Made by a program: the position numbers and the translations under genes
Assembly: GCA_964016885.1 (NCBI GenBank)
Contig: OZ024742.1
Coordinates: 335,296,001-335,360,000 of the forward strand
Length of the DNA: 64,000 nucleotides
Origin: Eledone cirrhosa
Taxonomy: Eukaryota
Reading direction: 5' to 3'
Part shown: positions 1 through 11,454 of the stretch, in pieces
How the letters are laid out: every line of letters begins with the position of its first letter
Numbering within the stretch: the stretch's first letter is position 1
The notes under the pieces: generated by a model
Database searches by the model: none
What the model was told of the DNA's origin: nothing
What the model saw: the letters and a program-made list of their open reading frames with translations, nothing else

Positions 1-258
1 TGTTGTCGTTATTATTATTGTTGTTATTGTTATTATTATTATTATTGACGAAAGTGGATGTACGTTTTTTTGAAGCTCCGTGAGTAAGCAATATTTTCAG
101 GATTAATTGTAGAGAATTGTTTATTTTTTGTACCGCTGAAGCATTATAAGACATTCATTTGTATCCTGTGAAGGAATAACTCATAATATTTGGGCCTTTT
201 GGCCCAAATATTTGAACTTTATTTTGGAAAAAAATAATAATTTTTTTCTCAAATAAAC

Positions 259-2169
259 ATGGCGGAGCCACGCCCCCTAGAGGCGGGTCTGCTGTCGTGC
301 AACGGCGACTTGAGCGTTGAGAGGAGAGGTGAGGCGAGGAGCGCCACCAGCACGAGTGTGAGCAGCGACAGTGCCAGCACCAACGGGCCGAGCGGCGCGG
401 AAGGTGGTAACAGCGACAACACCAACACCAACAAGCCGAACAGCGCAGAAGGTGGTAATAGCGAGAGCACCAACAAAACGAACAGCACAGAGAGTAATAG
501 TAGCGACAGCAACAGCACCAACAAGGCCAACAGCACAGAGGGTAACCACGACACAGGGGAGAACAACAACAGCAATAGCAGCAGCAAAACCAACAAGAAC
601 AACAACAGTGACAACACCAACAAGAACACCTTCGCTGCTGTGGCAGCGGCTAAAAGGAGACCATGCTACAGCATCGACTTAACCAACAGAGAGGAAAAGT
701 TGGCCCAGGCCTGGAAAATCATAAATCAAGAGCAGACCTGGGCAAACTTAACTGTCCCGGCAGAAGCCATTGAGGCAGTGGAAAAAAGAACGGTGCATTT
801 CAGATGCATCTCAGTAGAAACAAAGAGGGCAGCGATAATCGCCCAAGCTGATATAGAAGCCGCACTGAAATACATCAGAGAGGACACAGACTTCATAGAG
901 AGGGGCAGGCAATACGGCACCGTTTCGGTGCTGTTCAAGTCTGAAGCCCTCGCTGTGAAGCATTCAATGACCCCTTGCAAAACCAGCAAGGTTATAATGT
1001 ACCCCTCCCACATGGGAAAACGAATAGCACGTGTGCGCATTCCCAGGATTCCACCAGGACTTGATATGTGGTGGCTCCTGGGTTGCGTAATCGTGGAAGG
1101 AACGGATACAGTCCCGGTAGAGGCAACGAGAACTGCCAGGGACGACTGGTCCGGGGTTGATCTGGAGATACTGCTCCAAATCAGACCCGAAAACGTAAAA
1201 GCAATCCCGGACCACATCCGCCTCCAAAACGGGAGGGTGTTGCATATAATGACTGAGGGCAAAAGGCCGCATTGTTTCCTTTGTGGGGAAACGACACACT
1301 TGCGAGCCTTCTGCCCTCAACTGCCGAAAAGCGCAAGGGGTCGAAAGATTCCACTGCTGGCGACGCCGGGACAAGGACCACCAGCAACACCGTCAACAAT
1401 GGAACCACCAAAATTGCACACCCAGGGGGGAAACGAGGAAAGCTCTCCCATTCCCCCTCCCCCCCAAAATACACACACGAACAAGAACATAAACACTCAC
1501 TCAGACACAAACACGCTCACAGCCACAGACCCCTCATCCTCCAGCAGTGAAGATGAGGGAAAACCAAAGTCCCCCAAAATACAAAAAACAAAACACAAAA
1601 AAAAAAGAAATCCACAAAGCACAAACACCCCCACAAAAAAAAATACACACACCACCCACACAAACATTTTCCCCACAGCATCACCAACACAACCACCAAA
1701 ATCCCCCAAACGCAAACAAGCTAAACAGACACAAGAACAAATAGACACACAAACATCAGAAACTACAGACACCCCACCCACAACAAACGCAGACACAATA
1801 GAAACAACACTAACAAAGCTATCACCACCACAATCACACGAACAAATAAAACCCGAGCAACAAAACATTAAAAACTTCGTGCTTGCCAGAAGGGCCAACA
1901 AGGAATTGATGGCCCATGTAGCACGAAGCACAAACATCGAAAAAGACGGGGAAACATTTGAAGCGAGCACATTTCGCGTACCAGATAATTTGCTTCTGAT
2001 GCGAATGTCGCTCGCTTCATACAAAGAAATTCGAAAGAGCTTTCCTCGGGATGTGGGAACCCCGAACGTAAAACCCACGTCAAGACTATTAAAGGGGTTC
2101 CCAAAAGAAACCCCACAAACCATGGAGGTCGAACCACCCGACCTTCACAAGACCCCGGAAGGTAAGTAA
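259..2169 (+). CDS. Tx1/L1-type ORF1 (gag-like nucleic-acid-binding protein), 636 aa
   Basis: CCHC zinc knuckle CFLCGETTHLRAFC preceded by an RRM-like region (RVRIPRIPP...IPDHIRL). N-terminal Asn/Ser low-complexity region and a TFAAVAA motif. Lies directly upstream of an EN-RT ORF. Confidence 0.9.
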   Translation: MAEPRPLEAGLLSCNGDLSVERRGEARSATSTSVSSDSASTNGPSGAEGGNSDNTNTNKPNSAEGGNSESTNKTNSTESNSSDSNSTNKANSTEGNHDTGENNNSNSSSKTNKNNNSDNTNKNTFAAVAAAKRRPCYSIDLTNREEKLAQAWKIINQEQTWANLTVPAEAIEAVEKRTVHFRCISVETKRAAIIAQADIEAALKYIREDTDFIERGRQYGTVSVLFKSEALAVKHSMTPCKTSKVIMYPSHMGKRIARVRIPRIPPGLDMWWLLGCVIVEGTDTVPVEATRTARDDWSGVDLEILLQIRPENVKAIPDHIRLQNGRVLHIMTEGKRPHCFLCGETTHLRAFCPQLPKSARGRKIPLLATPGQGPPATPSTMEPPKLHTQGGNEESSPIPPPPQNTHTNKNINTHSDTNTLTATDPSSSSSEDEGKPKSPKIQKTKHKKKRNPQSTNTPTKKNTHTTHTNIFPTASPTQPPKSPKRKQAKQTQEQIDTQTSETTDTPPTTNADTIETTLTKLSPPQSHEQIKPEQQNIKNFVLARRANKELMAHVARSTNIEKDGETFEASTFRVPDNLLLMRMSLASYKEIRKSFPRDVGTPNVKPTSRLLKGFPKETPQTMEVEPPDLHKTPEGK

Positions 2170-2198
2170 ACCTTTCCTCTCCCATTCATCCTGCCAGC

Positions 2199-5100
2199 AT
2201 GGCCATAAGAGTAGGAAGTTTAAATGTTCGTGGCCTGGGGTCGCCCTGGAAGCAAGGTCACTTGCTCAACGACCTCAGGTCACTAGGAATGGATGTAATT
2301 GCCATCAGCGAGACCAGAATTTCCGACACACGCGCACTGGCGCCGATTTTCGACGATTATCAGATCTTTGCATCTGTTAGTCGGCCGGGAATGGGAGGTG
2401 GAGTGGCTGTGCTGTTTAGGAAATGTCTGGATCTCGAGGTAAGGTCAATCTTCCGGGATCCTGACGGAAAGTTGGTGGTCCTGGACGTGAGCAATAGCGA
2501 AGGTGGTGCCTTTAGACTGGTGGCCGTCTACGCCCCTACTGGGGCCGGTCGGCCGGACTTCTTTAGGCGCCTGGAAAACTTTCTGCTTACGTCTCGCCCT
2601 TTACTGTTAATAGGGGATTGGAATGGCATCTTAGAAGCACGCTGGGATTGTGTGGGAGTATCTGATAGGAGCGGGGGGTGCAAAAGCCTCAAGTACCTGA
2701 TCAGCCAGTTTCAACTGTCTGACAGGTACCGACTAGATTTCCCTAATGCGCCAGTATGGACCTGGACCAATCGCATAGGGTCATCTAGATCGTACATAGA
2801 TAGGATTTTCATTAGGAAAAGAGATAGAAATAGTGTAGGATGTCCACATTTTAAAACGGTTGCCTATTCAGATCACAAGCTTGTGATCTGTATGGTCGAC
2901 CTAGATAAGACACGTAGGTTAGGACCTAGCTACTGGAAGCTAAACATGTCGTTTCCGGCACGTAAAGCTTACAGGGACCGGGTCAACAACTTAGTTAAGC
3001 AAAAGTTGACAGGGGGGGTTGTCAACAACAGGTGGTGGGGGGCACTCAAAAGAGAGATTAGAGCAACCTCGATAGGATTTAGCAAAGAAGTAGCAATAGA
3101 GAAAAATAGAAAGGAGGAGGGGCTGATAGCTAAGTTAGACGAGGCTATTTGTAGTGGCATTGCAACAGACGTGCTAGCGGCGAGAATGGCACTAGACCAT
3201 TTCTTCAATGCGAAACACGAAGGTTGCATTGTCAGAGCTAAGGCGCGTGCTCTGAGGAACGAGGGAACCAAAGCTGCCCGATGGGCTCGCTTTGCAGAGA
3301 CGCAGCGTGGAAATAAAACCACAATTCGGTCTTTGACGGATCGAGATGGACACGAACTGAGCGATTCCAAGCAGATGTGTGAGGCCTTTCGCCAGCACTT
3401 TGCTCGATTGTTCGGGAGGATGGGTGAGTCGGAGACGGCGGCGGACTTCAGTCCCTACCTCGACGGCTTGCCACGCCTCTCGACGGCCGACGCTGAGCGC
3501 TGCGAAGAGCCGATAACATCAGCCGAAATTCAGGACGCCCTTGTCGGCTGCTCGAGTCGCAAGTCACCCGGTTTGGATGGTCTGCCCTACGAGCTTTACG
3601 TAAATATGCCAGACTTGTTCTCCGATCTCCTCGAAGCGCTCTACTGCAACTGGCAGCAGAACGGGAGCATTCCCAGTTCTGTGAGCCGTGGCGTAGTGAC
3701 GCTGATAAGGAAAGACGAGAACAAGAGGGACACACTAGATAATTTCAGGCCCATAACCCTGCTCAACACAGAGTTTAAGATTTTGGCCAAGGTGTTAGCG
3801 AAAAGGTTGGCGCTTGTCGTCAAAGATTTGGTTGGGGAGGCGCAAACTTGCGCAATCCCGACCAGGTCCATACACGACAACCTCCACCTCATGCGATACA
3901 TCATAGAGAGGGTTGGGTGCAAACCTGGCTTCGGTGGGGCTCTGATCAATTTAGATCAATCGAAAGCATTCGATAGGGTCGACCATCGGTACTTGGAGGC
4001 TGTCCTCGAGGCGGCTGGCTTCGGCCCCGTCTTCAGAAGCTGGATCGCTGCAATGTACAGCGGCATCCGCTCGGTGGTCAAAGTTAATGGCCACCTCTCG
4101 GAACCGTTTCAGATCTCTCGATCGGTCCGTCAAGGGTGCCCTCTCTCCTCACTTCTGTACGTATTGACTCTTGAGCCTCTACTGCGGAAGCTGGAGTTGT
4201 TGCAGGGCATCCCGCTCGAACCGGGACGTAGAAAGGCTGCGTCCGCTTATGCGGACGACATCACCGTGATGGTGTCGGACACCTCGGAAATCGAGGTGAT
4301 CCGCACCCATTTGGAGGAATATGAAAGGTTGACGGGAGCAAAACTTAACCCGGAAAAGTCGGTGGGCTTGCAGCTCGGCACCTGGAGAGGCAAGTCCATG
4401 CCGTCCAACAGCGTCGTTGGGCGCTGGACAGACGGACCGGTAAAGTTGCTCGGGGTTTGGTTCGGACCAGACCTCCAGGTGGATAAGAATTGGGACGAGG
4501 TGACGAGCAGGATAGCCAACCTCACCCAGAAATGGGCTGAGAGAAAGCTATCACTGAAAGGGCGGGCGGAGGTGGCGAACGCGTACATCGCGTCCGTCAT
4601 CTACTACCGCCTGACCGTCGTGCCTTGCCCCCGTCCACGCCTCGCCAATTTGGAACGGCTCCTTTTCAAATTTTTGTGGAGGGGACGCGTCCCGTTGGTG
4701 AGGCGGTCCATCTGCTGCCAGCACCCTCTTCGTGGAGGGCTGGGCATGCCGTGGCTAATGATGCGCAGACATGCGCTGAGGCTGCGACATCTCCAGATAT
4801 TTTGCCTAAACGGTGAACAGGTGTGGTCGCCGTTTGTTAGACGGGCCTTTCCGCAGCTCATCTCTTTGACTGAGCTGCAGTCCTGGGTCAAGAAGAGACC
4901 GAGACTGGGCGACTGGCATCTGGAATGTTGCCAGGCGCTCACTGCACTCTGCAAGGTGGGCAATGCGGTCAGTGGAACTTCCACTCAAGATTTCTATAGA
5001 GGATTAGTGGAGGGCAAGTGCGATGACGTACTAGGAGAGGCTCTGGGCGTCAACGAAGTAGAACTGACCAGTATGTTCCGGAGGACTTTCGAGCCGGGGA

Positions 5101-5618
5101 CGATGGATAACTTCCAGAAATCCCTCGCTTGGCAGTGCTACCGGGGGGCGCTGCCGGTTCGGGATAAACTCTACAGGCACGGAAGTGCTGTCAGACGAAC
5201 CTGCCCGAGATGCGCGCAGAGCGACGAAACCGTTCTGCACGCACTCGTCCAGTGTCCGTGCATTGCTGACTTGTGGGGTTATGTCGAACAGCTATTGTCG
5301 CGTGTAGAACGGATCCGGCTATCGTCCGAGTCCATAGTGAAGATTGACCCGCCGCCTTCTTTTGGTCAGGAAGGGCAGGCAATTTTCCTCTGCCTGGTGG
5401 CAGTAGCGAAAGAGGTTGCATGGTGGACCAGGTTGAAAGGACTGAAGACAGACACTTTTCTCTTCGGCCAATCCCTCATCAACTTCTTCAAGTTTCACTT
5501 GGAAAGGAAGGTGAGGGTGGAGAGAGAAGTGCTGCCCCCCAGTACATTTACTGAAAGGTGGGTGAATGTGGCGAGAATGGCCCGCGTGAGTGGGCCTACT
5601 CTGATCATGCGCCTGTAG
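2199..5618 (+). CDS. Tx1/L1-type ORF2: APE endonuclease, reverse transcriptase and C-terminal CCHC, 1139 aa
   Basis: EN motifs SLNVRGL, ISET, YAP, GDWN, SYIDRIF, SDH. RT motifs PGLDGLPYELY, RPITLLNTEFKILAK, LDQSKAFDRVDH, VRQGCPLS, YADD. Knuckle CPRC-x8-H-x4-C. No stops or frameshifts. Confidence 0.97.
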   Translation: MAIRVGSLNVRGLGSPWKQGHLLNDLRSLGMDVIAISETRISDTRALAPIFDDYQIFASVSRPGMGGGVAVLFRKCLDLEVRSIFRDPDGKLVVLDVSNSEGGAFRLVAVYAPTGAGRPDFFRRLENFLLTSRPLLLIGDWNGILEARWDCVGVSDRSGGCKSLKYLISQFQLSDRYRLDFPNAPVWTWTNRIGSSRSYIDRIFIRKRDRNSVGCPHFKTVAYSDHKLVICMVDLDKTRRLGPSYWKLNMSFPARKAYRDRVNNLVKQKLTGGVVNNRWWGALKREIRATSIGFSKEVAIEKNRKEEGLIAKLDEAICSGIATDVLAARMALDHFFNAKHEGCIVRAKARALRNEGTKAARWARFAETQRGNKTTIRSLTDRDGHELSDSKQMCEAFRQHFARLFGRMGESETAADFSPYLDGLPRLSTADAERCEEPITSAEIQDALVGCSSRKSPGLDGLPYELYVNMPDLFSDLLEALYCNWQQNGSIPSSVSRGVVTLIRKDENKRDTLDNFRPITLLNTEFKILAKVLAKRLALVVKDLVGEAQTCAIPTRSIHDNLHLMRYIIERVGCKPGFGGALINLDQSKAFDRVDHRYLEAVLEAAGFGPVFRSWIAAMYSGIRSVVKVNGHLSEPFQISRSVRQGCPLSSLLYVLTLEPLLRKLELLQGIPLEPGRRKAASAYADDITVMVSDTSEIEVIRTHLEEYERLTGAKLNPEKSVGLQLGTWRGKSMPSNSVVGRWTDGPVKLLGVWFGPDLQVDKNWDEVTSRIANLTQKWAERKLSLKGRAEVANAYIASVIYYRLTVVPCPRPRLANLERLLFKFLWRGRVPLVRRSICCQHPLRGGLGMPWLMMRRHALRLRHLQIFCLNGEQVWSPFVRRAFPQLISLTELQSWVKKRPRLGDWHLECCQALTALCKVGNAVSGTSTQDFYRGLVEGKCDDVLGEALGVNEVELTSMFRRTFEPGTMDNFQKSLAWQCYRGALPVRDKLYRHGSAVRRTCPRCAQSDETVLHALVQCPCIADLWGYVEQLLSRVERIRLSSESIVKIDPPPSFGQEGQAIFLCLVAVAKEVAWWTRLKGLKTDTFLFGQSLINFFKFHLERKVRVEREVLPPSTFTERWVNVARMARVSGPTLIMRL

Positions 5619-5871
5619 GCTGGTGAATTCGAGAAGGAGAGGGGTGCCCTTCCCGGGTGCCCTAGGAGCGTCGGGTGGCTCAGGACTGGTGGGGTGCTTG
5701 AGTCAACCCTGGGTGGTGATCCCTCTTATTGGGGAACTTTCATTGTTGTATTTTTATTGTTATTTTGTTTTTTTGTTATTTATACTTACTCGATCTCTAT
5801 GTAAACCCCCACTGTCCCTGTCTATTGTGTTGTCCCCTATATGTCGGCCCTTGTGGCCAATAAATGAAATC

Positions 5872-5876
5872 ATTAT

Positions 5877-5909
<33 letters not shown>

Positions 5910-5947
5910 ATGTAGTAGTAGTAGTAGTAGTAGTAGTAGATATTGTT

Positions 5948-5990
<43 letters not shown>

Positions 5991-6332
5991 ATGTTGCCAT
6001 TGTTGTTGTTGTTGTTGTTGTTGTTGTCACTTGTTGTTGTTGTCACTGTTGTTGTTGTCACTGTTGTTGCTGTTGTTGTTGTTGTTGTTGTGTTGTCACT
6101 GTTGTTGCTGTTGTCGTTGTTGTTTTTGTTGTTGTTGTTGTTGTTGTCACTGTTGTTGTTGTCGCTGTTGTTGTCGCTGTTGATGTTGTTGTTGTCACTG
6201 TTGTTGCTGTTGTTGCTGTTGTTGTTGTTGCTGTTGTTGTGTTGTCACTGCTGTTGCTGTTGTTGTTGTTGTTGTTGTCACTGTTCTTGTTGTTGTTGTT
6301 GTCACTGTTGTTGTTGTTGTCACTGTTGTTGC

Positions 6333-6363
<31 letters not shown>

Positions 6364-6386
6364 GCTACTGTTGTTGCTGCTGTTGT

Positions 6387-6434
<48 letters not shown>

Positions 6435-6770
6435 CGTCACTGTTGCTGCTGCTGTTGTTGTTGTTGTTGTTGTTGTCACTGCTGTTGTTGTTGTCACTGT
6501 TGTTGTTGTCACTGTTGTTGTTGTTGTTGTCACTATTGTTGTTGTTGTTGTCACTGCTGTTGTTGTTGTTGTCACTGTTGCTGTTTTTGTTGTTGTCACT
6601 GTTGTCACTGTTGTTGTTTTCACTGTTGTTGTTGTTGTTGTCACTGTTGTCACTGTTATTGCTGTTGTCACCGTTGTTGTTGTTGTTGTTGTTGTTGCTG
6701 TTGTCACGCTCTGTTATCGTCACTTTTATTATTGCTGTCGTTATTGTTGGTATTTTTGAATGTTGTCACA
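5872..6770. repeat. Compound (TAG)n / (TTG)n microsatellite with GTCACT interruptions
   Basis: Directly visible trinucleotide arrays. Confidence 0.95.
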
Positions 6771-6771
6771 T

Positions 6772-7355
6772 TTGTCATAGTTGTCATAGTTGTCACAGTA
6801 GTCATAGTTGTCACAGTAGTCATAGTTGTCACAGTAGTCATAGTTGTCACAGTAGTCATAGTTGTCACAGTTATCATAGTTGTCACAGTAGTCATAGTTG
6901 TCACAGTAGTCATAGTTGTCACAGTTATCATAGTTGTCACAGTAGTCATAGTTGTCACAGTAGTCATAGTTGTCACAGTAGTCATAGTTGTCACAGTAGT
7001 CATAGTTGTCACAGTAGTCATAGTTGCCACAGTTATCATAGTTGTCACAGTAGTCATAGTTGTCACAGTAGTCATAGTTGTCACAGTAGTCATAGTTGTC
7101 ACAGTAGTCATAGTTGTCACAGTAGTCATAGTTGTCACAGTTATCATAGTTGTCACAGTAGTCACATTTGTCACAGTAGTCATAGTTGTCACAGTAGTCA
7201 TAGTTATCATAGTTGTCATAGTTGCCACAGTAGTCATAGTTATCATAGTTGTCATAGTTGCCACAGTTATCATAGTTGTCACAGTAGTCATAGTTGTCAC
7301 AGTAGTCATAGTTGTCACAGTAGTCATAGTTGTCACAGTAGTCATAGTTGTCACA
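6772..7355. repeat. 18-bp minisatellite (TTGTCACAGTAGTCATAG)n, about 30 units
   Basis: Directly visible tandem array built from two related 9-mers. Confidence 0.95.
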
Positions 7356-7545
7356 GGTGTTATTGTTGGCATTGTTGTTGTTGTTGTTGTATTATCTATA
7401 ATATTGTGTTTTTTTGCTGTTATCGTTGTTACTGTTGTGGTCATTCTTATTGTTATTCTAACTGTGGTCTTGGAAATTGTTGCTCCTCTTTTTCATCTCC
7501 TTGACATTTCTGTCATCGATTTTATTGATCTTCTTGATGAATGCT

Positions 7546-7586
<41 letters not shown>

Positions 7587-7850
7587 TTCTGCTATTATTA
7601 CTAATGTTATCATCACAGTTGTTTTTTGTATCGTATTTATGGTTGTTATTGTTGTTGGTGTTGTTACTTCCGATCTAACATGATGCTCTGACACTGTCTC
7701 ATATACACGGCTTGTATCGGGTTATATGTGTGTATATATATATATATATGTGTGTGTATATGTGTGGGTGTATGGTTGTGTGGGTGTATGTGTGTGTGTG
7801 TGGTGGGGGGATGGTATATTGTGTGTGTGTATATGTGTGTGTGTGTAAAG

Positions 7851-7901
<51 letters not shown>

Positions 7902-7933
7902 ACACACATTTATATATATATATATATATATAA

Positions 7934-7980
<47 letters not shown>

Positions 7981-8100
7981 GAGAGATAGATTGATAGATA
8001 GATATTTAGATAGATATAGATATATAGATATATAAATAAATATAAATCTATAAAGTGTGTATAAATAAATATATATATGTGTGTGTGTGTGTGTGATGTG

Positions 8101-8166
<66 letters not shown>

Positions 8167-8570
8167 GTGTGAGAGTACGTATGTATATATATATATATGT
8201 GTATGTATGTGTGTGAGTGTACGTATGTATATATATATATAAATATGTATGTATGTGTGTGAATGTACGTATGTATATATATACTCTCAGTTATGACAGC
8301 TGCTTGGATCTGACAAATAGAATTTCGTTGACAATTCCAATGGGACCATAGAGATGGTTGTTCTCGATTACAGCCCATATACATACATAGATACATAGAT
8401 ACATACATATATACATATATACATACATACATACATACATACATACATACACACACATATTCACATACATAGATCCATACATATATACAGACACACACAC
8501 ACACATACATGCATTCATACATACATACATGTATGAATACCTATATACGTACGTACACACCTACCGACTT

Positions 8571-8623
<53 letters not shown>

Positions 8624-8648
8624 TGTACATTGTATATATGTTTGTGTG

Positions 8649-8747
<99 letters not shown>

Positions 8748-8748
8748 T

Positions 8749-8939
8749 ATAGGAGAAAGTATGACATTGACGGCAGAGCTCAAGCTGTTTCGACGGCTTT
8801 TTCCGGTCTAAAGTCCAGAAATAGCCGTCGAAACGGCTTGAGCTCTGCCGTCGGGGTCATACTTTCTCCTATTACCCACTCTACTACACTAAGTATTGAG
8901 TACTCTGGTCCGTTATGGTCCATCTGCTTCCTTACCACA
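8749..8939 (+). mobile_element. Palindromic mini-element (about 124-bp hairpin plus about 67-bp tail) in (TA)n, copy 1
   Basis: ATAGGAGAAAGTATGAC...GTCATACTTTCTCCTAT inverted arms at 8749-8872, followed by a unique tail. Homologous copies at 40664 and 49166. Confidence 0.8.
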
Positions 8940-9027
8940 TATATATTTATAAATATATATTTATATATATATATACAGAGAGAGTGAGAAAGATGCCTGC
9001 CTTTGTGTATACATATATGTATATTTA

Positions 9028-9086
<59 letters not shown>

Positions 9087-9240
9087 GTGAATATAGAAAA
9101 AGCGAAATGTATAGATAAATTAAGATTGCAACCTGAAATAGATATTTTGTAGATAGATAGATTGGTTGGTTGGTTATCTAGACATCCGTCAATTTACTGA
9201 TAAATATGTATGTGTGTGTATATACACATATATAAATATA

Positions 9241-9292
<52 letters not shown>

Positions 9293-9314
9293 TGTATATC
9301 TATCTATCTATCTA

Positions 9315-9385
<71 letters not shown>

Positions 9386-9402
9386 ATGCATGTATATACA
9401 TA

Positions 9403-9460
<58 letters not shown>

Positions 9461-10189
9461 TACTGAGATTACCATCTGTTGCTACGTCCCGATTTCTCGT
9501 TGATCACGCAATATTATACTCTACTTTGATATTGAGCAATCTTACTTATGTGTATATATATATGTGTGTGTGTGTATGTGTGTATATATATATATGAGTG
9601 CATGTGTGTGTGTGTGTGTGTTTGCGTTTGTGCGTGTTCTGTTTCAGCGTGTGTATAAATGAATAAATGGAACCTCTCTGAAACAACTATGAGGATTTCA
9701 ATAATTACATCTTGTATAAGCCGCAGCCCAACAACTTAGCATCCCAGTTCTGCGTATAGCCTCCACCCTCCACCTCACCCTACCCTCCACCGCCACCGCC
9801 ATCCTGTACTATACCCTATATCATTCTCACAATTATATTTCAACACCCTCCATTTTGTTTCCATTTGTTTGATTTACGTTTTTCAATAAGCCAGGTGTTA
9901 ATCAAAATATATTGATATGATAGCCTTGTATGTACTTTAGCTATGTTATTATTTTATTATTATTATTTTTAAACAATCTCAGTAGCTATTGACATATAAT
10001 CTTATTGCCACGCCTCGAATAACATTGCTTAGGTTTTTTGTTGATTGTTGGTTGATTGTTCTTTTTCTTTTTATCCCGAAACTCTTGTTAACATCTCTTT
10101 CTCTCTATGTGATTATCTATCTATCTATACATCTATACCACTTGTGCTTTCTCTCTCACTCACTACCTCTCTTTCTCTCTCTTTCTCTT

Positions 10190-10229
<40 letters not shown>

Positions 10230-10241
10230 ACTCTCTCTCTT

Positions 10242-10297
<56 letters not shown>

Positions 10298-10367
10298 CCT
10301 CTCTCTCTCTTTCCCTTATCCTCTCTTTCTTTCTGTGTCTCTTTCTCACTCTCTCTCTTTCCTTCTT

Positions 10368-10410
<43 letters not shown>

Positions 10411-10798
10411 TTCTCTCTCTCTTTCTCTATCTCTCTCTTTATCTCTCTCTTTCTCTCGCCTTCTCTCTCCTATTTTCTCCTACTTTTTCTTAATTTCTCT
10501 CTTTCACCCTTTCCCTGTTGCTCTTTCTCTCTCTCACTCTCTCTCACCACACACAAACACACACACCCTCACTTTCGTTTTTATACTTCTCAATTTCATT
10601 CTGTCTTCCTATATATCATTCACCTGGAGACTGTCTATGGGCTCTTTTCTTCTATTTTTTGGTTTTTATTGTCATTCTGTATAATAAATACATCTATATA
10701 TATAGATACATACATACATACATACATACATACATACATACATACATACATACATACATACATACATACATACATAAAAACATGTGTGTGTATACATA

Positions 10799-11209
10799 CA
10801 TGGTGGCTGCCAACTCGTTTTCGAGTACGGCCACTACCTTATATCCATGTAGGAGAACCCCTACCGATGCGCTGAACGAGTGTGACTTTTAAGTCCAGCC
10901 AGCGACTTGAAAACTCTGGTACAAACACTACACTTATGACAATTATTGACACAGTGCAGGGCCCATGGTACCATGTGACGACAAATGCAGAGAGATCTCC
11001 AGATATAAAGCAATGCCTGTGCCGTGAAGCTTTTATAGTGAGCAAAGGCAATGCACAAAGCCAGTCCCACTCTCTTAACCAAGATGATATTTACCAAAAA
11101 GAAGAACAAGTCAACATCATTGGATACCATCAGGGCTGCAGGTGTTATATCAGAGTTTTCCTTCTCCTAGAATTCTGCCTTGACAAAGGCTAAGGGGTCA
11201 TCTCTCCCG
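10799..11209 (-). mobile_element. Bipartite RTE-derived non-autonomous element (SINE-like), 5'-truncated copy A
   Basis: Highly similar to the copies at 25422, 31243, 31844 and 41820. Flanked by (CATA)n. Confidence 0.85.
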
Positions 11210-11287
11210 TATACATACATACATACATACATACATACATACATACATACATACATACATACATACATACATACATACATACATGAT

Positions 11288-11335
11288 GATGATGGCTGCC
11301 CCCTCGTTATCGAGTATGGCCATTGCACTTGGAGG

Positions 11336-11381
<46 letters not shown>

Positions 11382-11419
11382 TAAATAAATAAAAAATTAA
11401 ATTAAATAAAAAAAAAGAA

Positions 11420-11454
<35 letters not shown>

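Larger units (their letters stand above)
47..5871 (+). mobile_element. Full-length L1/Tx1-clade non-LTR retrotransposon (5'UTR-ORF1-ORF2-3'UTR)
   Basis: Two long uninterrupted ORFs 29 bp apart. The 3'UTR has AATAAA at 5859-5864. Unique sequence begins right after ...TTATTATTATT (to 46) and ends just before ATTATTAGTAGT (5872), giving a possible ATTATT target duplication within trinucleotide repeats. The 5' boundary is approximate. Confidence 0.92.

Noticed and set aside
5623-7694. Long poly-V/L/C/T and (CHSSHS)n ORFs
   Set aside because: These are translations of microsatellite and 18-bp minisatellite arrays.
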